Source: Octopus vulgaris
Lineage: Eukaryota
Assembly: GCA_951406725.2 (NCBI GenBank)
Contig: OX597814.1
Location: 198,648,001 to 198,712,000 of the forward strand
Length of the DNA stretch: 64,000 nt
Direction of reading: 5' to 3'
This document shows, piece after piece, positions 1 through 12,652 of this stretch. Numbering within the stretch: position 1 is the first letter of the stretch; each line of letters begins with the position of its first letter. The position numbers and the translations under genes are program-made. The notes beneath the pieces were generated by a model that was not told the origin of the DNA, made no database searches, and saw only the letters and a program-made list of their open reading frames with translations.

Positions 1-384
1 ATATTCCAAACACATTCACTTCCACAAGCATACACACATACACTTGCACAGACATACACGCCATGCCCATAGATGTCCATATCTTATTTCAAATTGTCTC
101 GTACAACTTTACAAGGACATCACAATCCATCAACACGTGGCCTCTGATTATTCTGTCTCTTTCGCTATACGCTACAACCGTAACTCCATCCCCTCAATGC
201 GTTAACCATACACGACAGAACAATTCTGTTTCATAGGTGCGACCGTGACTGTGTAGTTTAACAATTCACTTTGCAACCACGTGATTTCATTCCCCCAGCG
301 CGTTCCCACTCTTCTTTTATGACACTAAGCCGACAACTGCTTTATACATGAATTTAGTAGACAGAAATTGTGTGGAAGCGCGCC

Positions 385-426
<42 letters not shown>

Positions 427-441
<15 letters not shown>

Positions 442-820
442 TGAGGTTGTGTGTCTGTCTCCTACGATTTAGATTCCTAACTACTCCCACATTTTGCGGT
501 GCAGTTTAACCAAAACCGGGTATCTTATAGTCGTGATTCATATCGAGCCCTTCTGGGTATTAGCGCGCGTCTACGATGAGTCTACGATTTAAAAAAAAAT
601 TACCATCATTTTTTTCCATTTTAATGCATTTTTTCGCTATTATATAAGGGAAGTAACTCTCTAAAAATGTCTATGAAGAGTCAACGATTTAAAAAAAAAT
701 TACCATAATTTTTTTTCCATTTTTAATGCATTTTTTTGCTATTTCTTGGCTATAACTCTCTAAAAATGCTTTATAGTTATTTCCCTTACAAACCCGAGCA
801 ACACCGGGCGATACTGCTAG
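427..820 (+). mobile_element. Non-autonomous Helitron, body type 1
   Basis: Ends in hairpin cccgagcaacaccggg + cgatactgCTAG|t. The 5' end is buried in a (TA)n tract. Near-identical to 28053-28348 and 35582-35975(-). Confidence 0.85.
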
Positions 821-845
821 TATATATATATATATAAATATATAT

Positions 846-1138
846 ATTTCACCGCGACCGACCAGGCTACACATCTCTGGTCACAATGCTTCGCATTGTT
901 TTAGTCTTCAAATGCCGCCACCCCGCTGGCTAAGCGAGCAGGCCATCAGAAGAAAGAGTGGGAGAAAGTTGTGGCGAAAGAGTACAGCAGGGATCGCCAC
1001 CACCCGCTGCCGGAGTCTAGTGGACCTTTAGGTGTTTTCGCTCAATAAACACTCAATAAACAACGCCCGGTCTGGGAATCGAATCCGCGATCCTACGACC
1101 GCGAGTCCGTTGCCCTAACCACTGGTCCATTGCGCCTC
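846..1138 (-). mobile_element. tRNA-derived SINE family D, tail T2
   Basis: Minus strand gives the D head gaggcgcaatggaccagtggttaggg (A box)...ggattcgattccc (B box) and the D body, then the tail also seen at 37230-37348. Confidence 0.85.
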
Positions 1139-1170
1139 TTTCTCTTTCTCTCTCTCTCTGTATATATATA

Positions 1171-1292
1171 TTATAATTAAGGGTATCTAATTTTGATAAT
1201 AATTATTACCCAAGAGGTTTTTATTTCCATGCTAGCCACTTGATATGATCGGTAATTAAAAAAAAACGATCTTATCCTTATTTATATAAATT
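1171..1292. repeat. Collapsed copy of the 10366-10630 fold-back repeat
   Basis: Shares tataatt(a/t)agggtatctaa, ataataattattaccc and aacgatcttatccttatttatataaa with 10366-10630 but lacks the hairpin. Confidence 0.7.
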
Positions 1293-1314
1293 TATATATA
1301 TATACATATATAAA

Positions 1315-2192
1315 CGGGGTGCGATGGGTAGATTGTCGCCATTTTATATTTATAATTTCGCGCATCCGGATTGTATGCTTTTAATTTTGTCGACTACACA
1401 GTATAGTAGGGTCAGTTGGGCACCGTATGTGAGAAAAACATCATGACACAATTCACTCTGCCAGAAATTTAGAAACGACATGCTGTACTGCTTGGTATTC
1501 GCGCCGGAAGTTCCAACACGAACATTTCCGAGTATTTGGGTGTCAATCTGAGTGTTTGCCGTGTCCCCGAAAACATGTACCGAGAGTGATTAAAATCAAA
1601 CATCCAGTCAACACGATGGTGTTTGAAGTGATCACTAGTGATCGCGATGTTATGCCTCTATTCATCTTCCCACACGTCGTCAAACTCAACACGGAAGCCT
1701 ACATCAAGTTCCTGGAGAAGGTAGTGCTGCCCTGGGTCAAGAGGGTGACTACTGGAAACCCTATGTCTGGCAACAGGACTGTGCGCCATGCCACATAAGC
1801 AGGAGAACCCAGTCATGGTTGACAGACAATTTCTGCCACCACATCACTCCTAACATCTGGCCATCTAACTCCAAGACTGCAACCCCGTGATTATTTTGTG
1901 TGGGGCGCAGTTGAGTGAGAGACCTACAAAACTCCTTGTAACACCAAAGATGAACTGAAGGCAAGGATTATGGCAGCATTCACCAACTTAAACAAGGAGA
2001 CCGTCCAGAAGAGTTGCAGGAGATTCCGAAATAGTCCGGAGGCCGTGGTTGAAGCCAATGGCAATTTTATTGAATAAATTTACTCTTTAGTATTTCAAGA
2101 CATTTTTGTGTAAATTTAGAAAATATATCTCATAAAATGAGATGTCAGTGATGTTTTTCTTTTTGCGTAGTTTAAACAATTTATTCACCCAC
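1315..2192 (+). mobile_element. Internally deleted Tc1/mariner-superfamily DNA transposon (maT, DD37D)
   Basis: Left end cggggtgcgatgggtagattgtcg next to a TA tract. Degenerate right TIR acaatttattcacccac. Contains the transposase pseudogene. Confidence 0.8.
1443..2077 (+). pseudogene. DD37D transposase pseudogene
   Basis: MTQFTLPEI*KRHAVLLG..., then a deletion, then KHPVNTMVF...YVWQQDCAPCH...WPSNS(P)DCNP(x)DYFVWGAVE. 37 residues lie between the 2nd and 3rd catalytic Asp after correcting frameshifts. Stops and frameshifts are present. Confidence 0.85.
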
Positions 2193-2203
2193 ATATATCT
2201 TAA

Positions 2204-2585
2204 TCTCTCTCTATATAAACGGCAGTTTGTCTGTGCGTTTTCTGTGTGTCTGTTTTCTCGTACCCTCACTCTGACCACGGCTTTCAACCGATTCTGATGA
2301 AACTTGACACACACATAGCCCAATGTCATAATTCAAAACTAACGCAGCGAAAATTTTGAAAAGTTCCCCCAGTTCTGAAAAAATCGATAAATTCGACATG
2401 GGGTCGAGAATCAGAAACCCAAACCACAGACCGTCTAGGGGACGCAACTCCACCTTTTTTAACTCTCAAAAAAATTTACCATCATTTTTTTTCCATTTTT
2501 TTGCTATTTTTTGGCTATAACTCTCTAAAAATGCTTTATAGTTATTTCCCTTACAAACCTGAGCAACGCCGGGCGATACTGCTAG
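2204..2585 (+). mobile_element. Non-autonomous Helitron, body type 2
   Basis: a|TC start, 3' hairpin + CTAG|t, A/T insertion site with no TSD. Near-identical to 28955-29339. Confidence 0.9.
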
Positions 2586-2790
2586 TATAATATGAAACTT
2601 TATAGTATATTGATTTGAATATCTCTGAATACACTGATGTCTATACGTCAATTTCTCCATTTACTTCTTTTACTCATTCATAAATATTTTAAATACCAAA
2701 GTATTTAGCTTTCACTAAACACTGGTGTAAACCGGAGAATTAAGGTACAAACATCCCTTAAAGGATTTTAGGCTCTTGGCATGACCTTAT

Positions 2791-2852
<62 letters not shown>

Positions 2853-2864
2853 GTTATATATAAA

Positions 2865-3195
2865 GGCGCAGGAGTAGGTATGTGGTAAGTAGCTTGCTTA
2901 CCAGCCACATGGTTCCGGGTTCAGACCTTGGGCAAGTGTCTTCTACTATAGCCTTGGGCTGGCAAAAGCCTTGTGAGTGGATTTGGTAGACGGAAACTGA
3001 GAGAAGCCCGTCGTATATATATATATATGTGTGTGTGTGTTTTCGTGTCTGTGTTTGTTCCCCCAACATCGCGGTCCGGCAAAAGAGAACGATCGAATAA
3101 GTACTAGGCTTACAAAGAATAAGTAGTAGGAATTGCTCGACTAAAAGCGGTGCTCCAACATGGCCGCAGTCAAATGACTGACACAAATAAAAGAA
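2865..3195 (+). mobile_element. tRNA-derived SINE family A (CORE-like centre, internal TA/TG microsatellite)
   Basis: ggcgcaggagt...gggttcag...ccttgggcaagtgtc...gaagcccgtcg(TA)n(TG)n...caaatgactga. Many copies in this window. Confidence 0.85.
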
Positions 3196-3202
3196 CTATA
3201 AG

Positions 3203-3266
<64 letters not shown>

Positions 3267-3556
3267 GTATGTGCGTGTATGATTTTGTATTTGTCCTCTA
3301 GTACCGCTTGACTACTAGTATTGGTTTGCTTACATTCCTGTAAGCGAGGGATTTGGCAAAATGACCTAACAGAATAAGTAACAAACCTGAAAGTAATAAG
3401 CACTAGGGATCGATCTGTTTGATCAAAACGCTTCAAGGTTGTGCTCCAGCATGGTCGCAGTCCAAACGAGTGAAACAAGTTAAAAAGAGAGGGTAAAAGA
3501 GATCTTTACACGTCATTTGTGCATCGTCGACTTTGGAAATATTTCTATCACTTTAA

Positions 3557-4140
3557 GGAGGCGAGCTGGCAGAAACGTTAGCACGCTGGGCGAAATGCTT
3601 AGCGGTATTTCGTCAGCCGTTAGGTTCTGAGATCAAATTCCGCCGAGGTCGACTTTGCTTTTCATCCTTTCGGGGTCGATAAATTAAGTACCAGTTACGC
3701 ACTGGTGTCGATGTAATCTACTTAATCCGTTTGTCTGTCCTTGTTTGTCTCCTATGTGTTTAGCCCTTTGTGGGTAGTAAAGAAATAGGTATTCCGTCTG
3801 CCGTTACGTTCTGAGTTCAAATTCCGCCGAGGTCGACTTTGCCTTTCATCCCTTCGGGGTCGATAAATTAAGTACCAGTTACGCACTGGGGTCGATATAA
3901 TCGACTTAATCCCTTTGTCTGTCCTTGTTTGTCCCCTCTATATTTAACCCCCTGCGGATAATAAAGAAATAAGAAACGTTAGCATACCGGGCGAAATATC
4001 TAGCGGTATTTCGCTTATCTTTACCTTCTGAGTTCAGATCCCTTTCGGGGTCGATTAAATTAAGTACCAGTTGCGTACCGGGGTCGATGTAATCGACTGG
4101 CCTCTCCCCTAAAATTTCAGGCCTAGAATAGAAAAGAATA
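3557..4140 (+). mobile_element. SINE family B concatemer (head + ~3 units)
   Basis: Head ggcgagctggcagaaacgttagc. Repeated unit with gagttcaaattcc (B box) and ttcatcctttcggggtcgataaattaagtaccag. Both tail variants are present. Confidence 0.85.
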
Positions 4141-4849
4141 TGTCTAGATATTTGCTTTACCTCATCACACATTTGTTACTCTTGTTCATTGAGTGGTGAA
4201 GGATGTTCACCGTAAGATTAATTTGTACATAACATCTATGCCAAAAGGACATTTTAAGTAGCTGGCTCTTTGACTAACAATTTACTAATACACACACACA
4301 CACATACACACACACACACACACATTCAAGTTAAACTCCACCTGAACTAGACGATATTTGTAAGTCTTAGTCATTTATTCCCGGTGCGACTAAAACCATT
4401 AAGGCTACTGTACATTACTCTCAATAAATCTAATTTTCTTACACATTAAATGAAAAGAAGTTGACAACATGAAAAATGAAATCGAGTTAAGAGAGCCATA
4501 GAAAATAAATTCTTGAGGTGTTATTGTTCGTCTGGCATCAAAGTATCATATAACCCCTTAAGACTATTTTGGAATAATTTAAGTCTCGTGTTGCTTCTCA
4601 CTCAGATGCTACAGATTTATACTTCAGAGTCTTCTCTTAATATCAAACTACATCTTACATTATTGCTGTTATAGAACCGCATTAGACTGCTCTTGTCGTT
4701 ATCTATTGGTTCCATTTTTGTTTTATCTCGATGATATTTCAGTTCATACTTTACTCGCCCTTACCTTCGTTCTGAAATGTCCTGGTATTATTTCTCTAGG
4801 CTGGACTTCTTTCGAGGTAGAGAAACTACTCCAGTTATGAACAGTCGTT

Positions 4850-5237
4850 GGGAATGGAAGCACTCCGTCGGTTACGACGATGAGGGTTCCGGTTGATCCG
4901 AGTCAACGGAACAGCCTGCTCGTGAAATTAACGTGTAAGTGGCTGAGCACTCCACAGACACGTGCACCCTTGACGTAGTTCTCGGGGATATTCAGTGTGA
5001 CACAGAGAGTGACAAGGCCGGCCCCTTGAAATACAGGTACAACAGAAACAGGAAGTAAGAATGAGAGAAAGTTGTGGTGAAAGAGTACAGCAGGGATCAC
5101 GACCATCCCCTGCCGGAGCCTCGTGGAGCTTTAGGTGTTTTCGCTCAATAAACACTCACAACGCCCGGTCTGGGAATCGAAACCGCGATCCTACGACCGC
5201 GAGTCCGCTGCCCTAACCACTGGGCCATTGCGCCTCC
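4850..5237 (-). mobile_element. Full-length SINE family D, tail T1, with 14-bp TSD
   Basis: TSD tatgaacagtcgtt at 4836-4849 and 5238-5251. A box tggcccagtgg and B box ggtttcgattcc on the minus strand. Confidence 0.92.
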
Positions 5238-5333
5238 TATGAACAGTCGTTAGCTGTCTACAAACACATTGGGATACCTGGAACCTATATTAACAGCAGC
5301 TGGGGCTGCTGTTAAATACATAAAAACTCGAAA

Positions 5334-5370
<37 letters not shown>

Positions 5371-5900
5371 AACAAACAAACAAACAAACAAACAAACAAC
5401 AAAAACATGTGGTTAAAGTTTTGCCACCACATAATTACAGAGTTAAGTCCCACTGCAGAGGCCCTTGGGTGTCTTCTAATATAGCCTAAGCCCGACCAAT
5501 GCCTTGTGCATGAATTTGGTTGATGGAAACTGCGTGGAAGACCGTCGTAAATATATATATATATATATATATATTGTGTGTGTGTATGATGGCGCCCCTA
5601 TAAGAAATGAAAGTAGTAACTATACTATACCACCTTTTTAACAAGTTACATCAGTTATTACAAGATCAGTGACTTCCTTTATATTGCGAGCTGGAGAGAA
5701 CTGCTGCTATCTCTAGTAGACGGCACTGAGGATGTGCATAAATAACTGTCTGGTGGTCTCACCGTTTCGCTAGAAGGAGGGGATCTGCTCCTTGCTTGCA
5801 AGATATATCAGGAGCAGATTGCATCGAGAACCAGCTGGAGGACGTCTTTCTCGGGTTAAAAACGGTTAAAAAAATGTTGAAGTAGCGATAAACATTACTG

Positions 5901-5939
<39 letters not shown>

Positions 5940-6136
5940 GAGTGAGAGAGAGAGTGTGAGAGAGAGAGAGAGAGTGTGAGAGAGAGAGAGAGAGAGAGAG
6001 CAGGGGTGGCTGCGTGGTAATAAGCTTGCTTCCACACCAAATGGTTCCGGGTTCAGTTCCACTTCTACTATATCCTAGGGCCGATCAAAGCCTTGTTAGA
6101 GTCAACGGAAAGTGAAAGAAGCCCGTCATATATATA

Positions 6137-6480
6137 TATAGAATAATGGTACAGTAAAGCACCAATGTTTACTGGAAATAACAGTCAATAAATTTACGAG
6201 GCTATAGTAAAGCTTCACTGCATACATCCTGGCAAAGATGTGTGCAGACAGCGAACATAAAAATTTCGTCTTATCGCTAGGAAGATCATTAGATGAATGG
6301 ACAACCCAGAATGGGATAATCTAGTACCTCGGTTTCGGACTCTTCAAATATGTTAGTTATCGTAAATTTGATTAGTCTTATTCAGCTTGATTTACCTGGA
6401 CAATATTCGCCTAGCCGTTAACAGAGCCGAGAACAGTGTAAATCTTTTCAACGAAAAAATTAAATATTGCAATACAGATA
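6137..6480. repeat. Dispersed repeat (second copy 59917-60432) with decayed hammerhead motif
   Basis: Colinear similarity to 59977-60340 (gcaccaatgttt, ggcaaagatgtgtg, ggataatctagtac, cgcctagccgt). Minus-strand CTGAATA...GAAAccgaggTA at 6318-6392. Confidence 0.75.
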
Positions 6481-7048
6481 TATTGCTGTCCGTTATCCGA
6501 ACTCTGTTCTGAATAGCTCGTCGTTGCGGGGCAATTTTTATGATAAAATGCCTCATATAAATCTTTGTTTATTCCATGTCAGACCATGCTTTCCCGACAG
6601 ATAGACCTCTTGATCAGGACAGATTTGTGCAATTTTTCGCAGAAAGCTTCATTGAGGATTTTATCCTTTTTTTTAAATGATTTACGTGTGTGTTCGACCG
6701 TTTCACATTACTTTAATTATTAAAACTTTTTAAAACTTCAGAAGTTCTGGCAACTTTGGTCGTAGCAATGCTTTGCTTTCATTTGTTTAATAACAATTCC
6801 TCCTCCTAATGAGTTTGCTTTCATTGTGTGACAGACAGATATCATTCAGAAAATGCCAGCTTCCAAATCCTGTTTTTTTGATGAGGTAAAAATTATTAAA
6901 CTTTAAAATTCAGTAACATATTTCAGCAATTTATCTGGAACAAATAGATATCAAAATCGGATGTTACGTGGAAAATACCAAATCTCACAACGTGTGACAG
7001 CAACAGGAAAGACCGTACAAAAATAAAGAGGCAGACAGTTATAGGACA

Positions 7049-7093
<45 letters not shown>

Positions 7094-7431
7094 TACACAT
7101 AGGTAATCAGGTGTTTAAAATGGTGTATAGTAGATGTATGTATGCATGTAGGTCTGCATGTATGTGTGTATGTCTGTGTGCGAGTGTTTCTCTGCGATGG
7201 ACAGCAGAAAAGCAACCTACCCCTCTCTCTTTAAAGCTACGTATTTCCCACACCCACCTTTTCCCCCTTCCTGGGTATTTTAAAAGTTACTTATGTGCAT
7301 TTGTGTGTGTGTGTGTGTGTGCATACCCAATGAAGGGATATAAATATCCTAGAAACAGATGTAAGACCTTCTATTTATAAATGTTCTAAAATCTACACAG
7401 CCTTGTTTTTTTATCTCATTACGAAAAAAAA

Positions 7432-7462
<31 letters not shown>

Positions 7463-8264
7463 GCGTATGTGTGTGTGTATACATACGTACATTGCATTAT
7501 GTCAAACAGATGAGGAGCGCTCAATACATGATGTGTACACACACATATATATTTATGTATATATATATATATATATACCCATACATAGGTACATTGCTCT
7601 ATGTCAAACAAATGAAAGAGGAGTGCTCAATACATGATGTGTGTGTGTGTGTGTGTGTCTGTGTTATTCAGTTATTTCTTATAATACTTTTAAAACATTC
7701 ATGTAATATCGGTTAAAATATAATTGAATGTTTACATTACACAGCTGGTTTGTAATCATAATTATCAAATTACATGAAATAAATAATATGAAGTGGACTT
7801 CATTTGAAGAAATGATTTTATAGAAACAGCGTGTCTGCAGCAGACACAATCATAAATAGTTTGGCAGAAAAAGAAAACCAGACCAAACCAGACCAGGCCA
7901 GATCAGACTTAAGTCGACCAGAGCAAATAGTTCAGTTCTATGTTTGCAATAATTTATAACGATATGAACGTATCAGCCACTGAAACAATGTTCATTAGAA
8001 AAATTTAAAAAAAAATATAGCAAGGTAACAAACGCTGATTACATTAGTGTTTTTGAAAGGATTGAAACCTCCAATGAGGATCTGAAGTTCTGGACTACAA
8101 GATGTGTTCCAGTATGCCAGATCATGGACCTTCAACTGGAAGGATTCTCTTCCAAAGCGCAGGCTTCGGAAATTGTTGTATTATGGAAGGTCAAAAGTTA
8201 CCCATGAATGCAAGTTTTTCTCTTATTCTCTACGCTTCTAATATTGTTTAAGGAAAAGATAATA

Positions 8265-8686
8265 GGCGCAGGAGTGGCTGTGTGGTAAGTAGCTTGCTAA
8301 CCAACCACATGGTTCCGGGTTCAGTCCCACTGCGTGGCATCTTCAGCGAGTGTCTTCTGCTATAGCCTCGGGCCGACCAAAGCCTTGTGAGTGGATTTGG
8401 TAGACGGAAACTGAAAGAAGCCTGTCGTATATATGTATATATATATGTGTATGTGTGTGTGTGTGTTTGTGTGTCTGTGTTTGTCCCCCTAGCATTGCTT
8501 GTCAACCGATGCTGGTGTGTTTACGTCCCCGTTACTTAGCGGTTCGGCAACAGAGATCGATAGAATAAGTACTGGGCTTACAAAGAATAAGTCCCGGGGT
8601 CGATTTGCTCGACTAAAGGCGGTGCTCCAGCATGGCCGCAGTCAAATGACTGAAGCAAGTAAAAGAGTAAAAGAGAGTAAAGAGAG
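8265..8686 (+). mobile_element. Full-length SINE family A
   Basis: Complete head (A box tggctgtgtgg, B box gggttcagtccc), internal microsatellite, 3' half ending in (gagtaaaa)n. Confidence 0.9.
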
Positions 8687-9821
8687 TTGATACTACTTAT
8701 CACCATCAGGTGTCGTGGTTGGCTTTGTGAGTGCACAGAGCCGGAACAGACATCGCAACACATCCAATCCGATACTGTAACGATTCCACTAGCACAAAAT
8801 TCAGGACACCTTTATTAATCGACCCTGAAAGAATGAAAGACATGGTTGACCTCGGTGGAATTTGAAACCAGAAAACAAATTTAGAACGAATCTAGGTTGT
8901 TTTGTTCTACACTCTAACCACTCATCCCGTACATCGATCTACTTGTATTACTGTATTGAAAACAGATTCAATGATGTTGTTCACATCCTGACTTTCACAC
9001 ACTTTCAGTTACTGAAATCAATATATTTGCAATTCGTATTGAAACATAGATTTCATTTATCTTGATTTCTATCTTTGTAATAAGGTCACACATATATATA
9101 GGGGAAATGAATGTAATTTTATGCCATTCCAACATGTTTTGAAGGCCATTAGCAACGTAACTGAATTGAAATAACTTCGAATCAGAAATCGAAGTCAACA
9201 TTACTTAGTTTACCTTTGGGTTGTATGCCAATATTAGTTAGATTTTTTGTCTGGTTATAAATGGTTTGTGTTTTGGCAGATGGAATGAAGTAAGGTTTTA
9301 AGAAGTTCTTTTCTTTTCCGAGAGTATTTATGAATGGAGTAATGTGAAATAGTTGACTGCAGCCGCGATTGAAACTACTTCCGAATTCTAGCGAAAAACG
9401 AATTTATTTTTACTTGACGGCATTTGCCAATATTGCTGTCGTATTGCATATTAATTTCTTTATTACCCATAGAAGGCTAAACATAGAGGGAAAAACAAGG
9501 ACAAAGGGATTAAGTCGATCACATTGACCTCCCAGTGCGGTGTTTCGTCTGCCTTTACGTTCTGAGTTCAAATTTCCCCGAGGTCAACCTTGCCTTTCAT
9601 CCTTTCGAGGACAATAAATTAAGTACCAGTTACATACTGGGGTCGATCTAGACGACTGGCCTCCTCCCCCAAAATGTCAAGCCTTGCGCCTAGAGTAAAA
9701 AAGAATATTATATTATATATATTATATATAATATTATATTCTGTCTTAATTTTTTTGAGATAAATTTTCCCCGAGACGCATATACTTACACCCCCATGCA
9801 ATATATCATACCTAATAATCC

Positions 9822-9987
9822 TTTCTAGTAGAGGCACAAGGCCTGAAATTTTGAGGGAGGGGGCCAGTCGATTAGATTGACCCCAGTACGCAACTGGTAC
9901 TTAAATTATCGACCCCGAAAGGATGAAAAGCAAACTATACCTCGGCAGAATTTGAACTCAGAACGTAGCGACGGGCGAAATAGCGCT
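9822..9987 (-). mobile_element. SINE family B copy (tail 2)
   Basis: Reverse complement of the B unit with the ggccccctccc...aaaatttcaggccttgtgcc tail. Confidence 0.8.
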
Positions 9988-10365
9988 ATATCGTAGTTTT
10001 TTTTATATTTAAAATGTTATGTCTTAATTCAGATACTCATCTTCAGTGACTGACTATAAAAGCTCATCATTGATTACAGAAATTGATAAAGTCCCTTATT
10101 TATGCCATGCACATACACGTACATTAAACTATATAGTAAAATGGAAAAACTTTTATTTATGGAAAAAACTTTTATTTATAGGCACAGGCGTGTATTTGTG
10201 GTAAGAAATTTGATTCGCAACCACATGGCTTTGGATTCAGTTCTGTTGTGTGATACTTTGGGCAAATGTCTTCTACTATAAAGTCGGGCCGACCAAGCCT
10301 TGTGAGTGGATTTGATAGACGGAAACTGAAAAGAGCCCGTCATGTATATGTATATATATAAATAC

Positions 10366-10550
10366 ATTATAATTTAGGGTATCTAAGTGACACCACCACG
10401 CTGAAAATAGCAGTCAAATCCTGACTCTAAAACCACATTAAATGTTCATACAGCACCAGGAGCTGTATGAACATTTAATGTGGTTTTAGAGTCAGGATTT
10501 GACTGCTATTTTCAGCGTGGTAGTATCACTTAGATACCCTAAATTATAAT
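10366..10550. repeat. Long inverted repeat (89-bp arms, 7-nt loop)
   Basis: attataatttagggtatc...catacagc accagga gctgtatg...ccctaaattataat, with 2 mismatches. Confidence 0.95.
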
Positions 10551-10690
10551 TTTAATAATAATTATTACCCCTCAAAGTTTTATTTGATAAGATTTAAATT
10601 AACGATCTTATCCTTATTTATATAAATATATACAGGGAGAATTCACAAAAAACAAAAGGCAAAGACAGGTGGTGTAGACAACAAACAGAT

Positions 10691-10729
10691 GTCTTTAATG
10701 TTTCGAGCCTATGCTCTTCCATAGAGAGG
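10691..10729 (-). ncRNA. Degenerate hammerhead-like motif, family F
   Basis: ctct CTATGGA A gagc atag gctc GAAA ca TT aaag. G5 is mutated. Confidence 0.5.
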
Positions 10730-11359
10730 AACACAGAAAGAAACAAGGAGAGAAAATAAAGAATGTGTAGTGGCTATATATATGTGTGTCTTTTGTCCCC
10801 ACCAATCGCTTGACAACCTGTACTGGTGTGTGTACGTCCCCGTAACTTAGCGGTTCGGCAAAAGGGACCGATAAATACTGGGGTTGATCCATTCATCTAA
10901 AAGTTCTGGCCACAGTCTAATAACTGAAACAAGTAAAAATATAAGACACCCAGAATTGCACTGCATAGATTCACTACTAATCTGTATCTTCAGTTTATTT
11001 CTTCTACCTACATTGCAGCAATAACTGCTTCTCTAAAATTTAGATTATTGAGCAAATACCACATCGAAATGAAACGGTCCGACAGCCGAGTCGCATCTTG
11101 CTTGTTTTACCTTTAAACCCCAAAGGAAATAACATGATAACTTTTCTTTTAAGTACATCCTACTAGTGTTTTCTTCTCGGTATTGGCATTTGCCGTTTAT
11201 CCTTTTGGGGTCGATAGAATAAATACCAGTTGAGCACTGAGATCGATATGATTGATTTACCCACTTCCCCAAAATTTCTCGTCTTGTACCAAAATTTAAT
11301 ACCATTGCTTGTAGCTTTATCTACTTCACTCCCCACCATTAAAAACGATATATATATAA

Positions 11360-11560
11360 CGGGAAGCTTTATGAAAATAAACAAAAGACGAAGGCAGGTG
11401 GAATACAAACAAACAATTGTATTAGTATGGCGCTCAGGAATATAAATAAAACAAGTCTTTTACGTTTCGAGCCTACACTCTTCAACAGAAAGATACACAG
11501 AAAAGAAACACGGAGAGAAACAAGGAGAGAAAAAAAAATGCATGGAGAGGCTAGCGAATC
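11360..11560 (-). mobile_element. (TA)-associated Penelope-like terminal-repeat fragment, family F
   Basis: Homologous to 10633-10775, 23965-24134 and 59618-59810. All copies abut (TA)n and carry the same hammerhead-like motif. Confidence 0.65.
11456..11493 (-). ncRNA. Minimal type I hammerhead-like ribozyme, A6U variant
   Basis: tcttt CTGTTGA A gagt gtag gctc GAAA cg TA aaaga: 5-bp stem I, 4-bp stem II, CG stem III, GUA triplet. Confidence 0.65.
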
Positions 11561-12652
11561 AACATGCTTGACCTCCAGACCCTTTCGAATGAACAACAGA
11601 GAATCCACGGCTCCATACATTGAAATGACAAAACATTATTGAACACTCAAAAACATAACATGTTTCCTTTTCATGCAATCAGGAAGTGTATGGCTCCTTC
11701 ACCACAGACTTGGAAAAATCTTCCCAATTTTATACTCTGTAGGTAAGCCAATCATGGTTACGCTAAATGGTGACTAATAGGTATATTTTAAGGTTTAAAC
11801 TCAATGAAAGTACAATGAAAGTACAAGGGTTAATTTGCTTCCCCGATTACTCTCTGTTCGTATAAGAGTTTTGAGTGATAAATGTAGGCCAAAATAGTTA
11901 ATTAACCTCCTCTACTTGATAAAAAAAATATCTATTTAGCACCTCATACAGCATGTCAAATGTGTACAGTTCTAGAAAAAGATAATCATTATTAATCAAA
12001 GTTAATTAAGAAAAAATACAAAGAAGCAAAAAAGAAACATTAAAAATCAAAGAACAAAACTATTCTCTTAACATTTCCTTATTTTTTTAACGGAAAATTT
12101 ATAGAAGGAAATCTAAAAGCAGTAGGATATACATCTTAATTAGCGAATGATTAAAGTTCATTTCCGAGCGATAATTTTCTTTTTAACATGTAGATAACAT
12201 TCACGCTAGGACACAATGCATCTACAGTTGGTTAATCAGTTTCGTTTAGGAAACTACTCAACTAATGTTTTGCATAAAATAACATAGTTATATCCATAGA
12301 ACTTTTCTTCACCTTTACACGCGTTATTATCAGAAGATAATCGAACGCTATCCCAAGGGATATTGCTGTAAACACGCACACACATTATGTACGTCAAAAC
12401 AATTTACAAACTTCGAGAGAGACACGAAATAAATCGCTTTTAACGTTTTTTAACAAAATAAATCGTTTTTGACGGTGAAGCGCGAAGCTATGAATAGTAG
12501 TGTGTAAAGAAATCTGAAGGATTGCTTTGGTACAATATTAGTAAGTCGGTCATGCTTACAAAATATATAGGTTCAAGTCCCACAGTAGCGCTAGACTTTA
12601 TCCATTCAAGGGTGTTTGTAACTTAATATTTATGCACTATTATTGGTAACTT

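Larger units (their letters stand above)
10180..10940 (+). mobile_element. SINE family A split by two insertions in its internal TA tract
   Basis: 5' half at 10180-10345 and 3' half at ~10780-10940. A fold-back element and a hammerhead element lie between them. Confidence 0.75.

Noticed and set aside
2294-2303. CTGATGAAAC in type 2 Helitrons (also ~29046) as a hammerhead
   Set aside because: No stem II between the core halves and no stem I.
3557-4140. CRISPR-like repeat/spacer pattern
   Set aside because: The units are ~185-bp SINE repeats with no unique spacers and no cas genes, in a eukaryotic context.
4850-5237. tRNA genes at SINE heads (also 38824, 41354, 61353)
   Set aside because: A and B boxes are present, but there is no convincing cloverleaf. 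They continue into SINE bodies, and several have TSDs.
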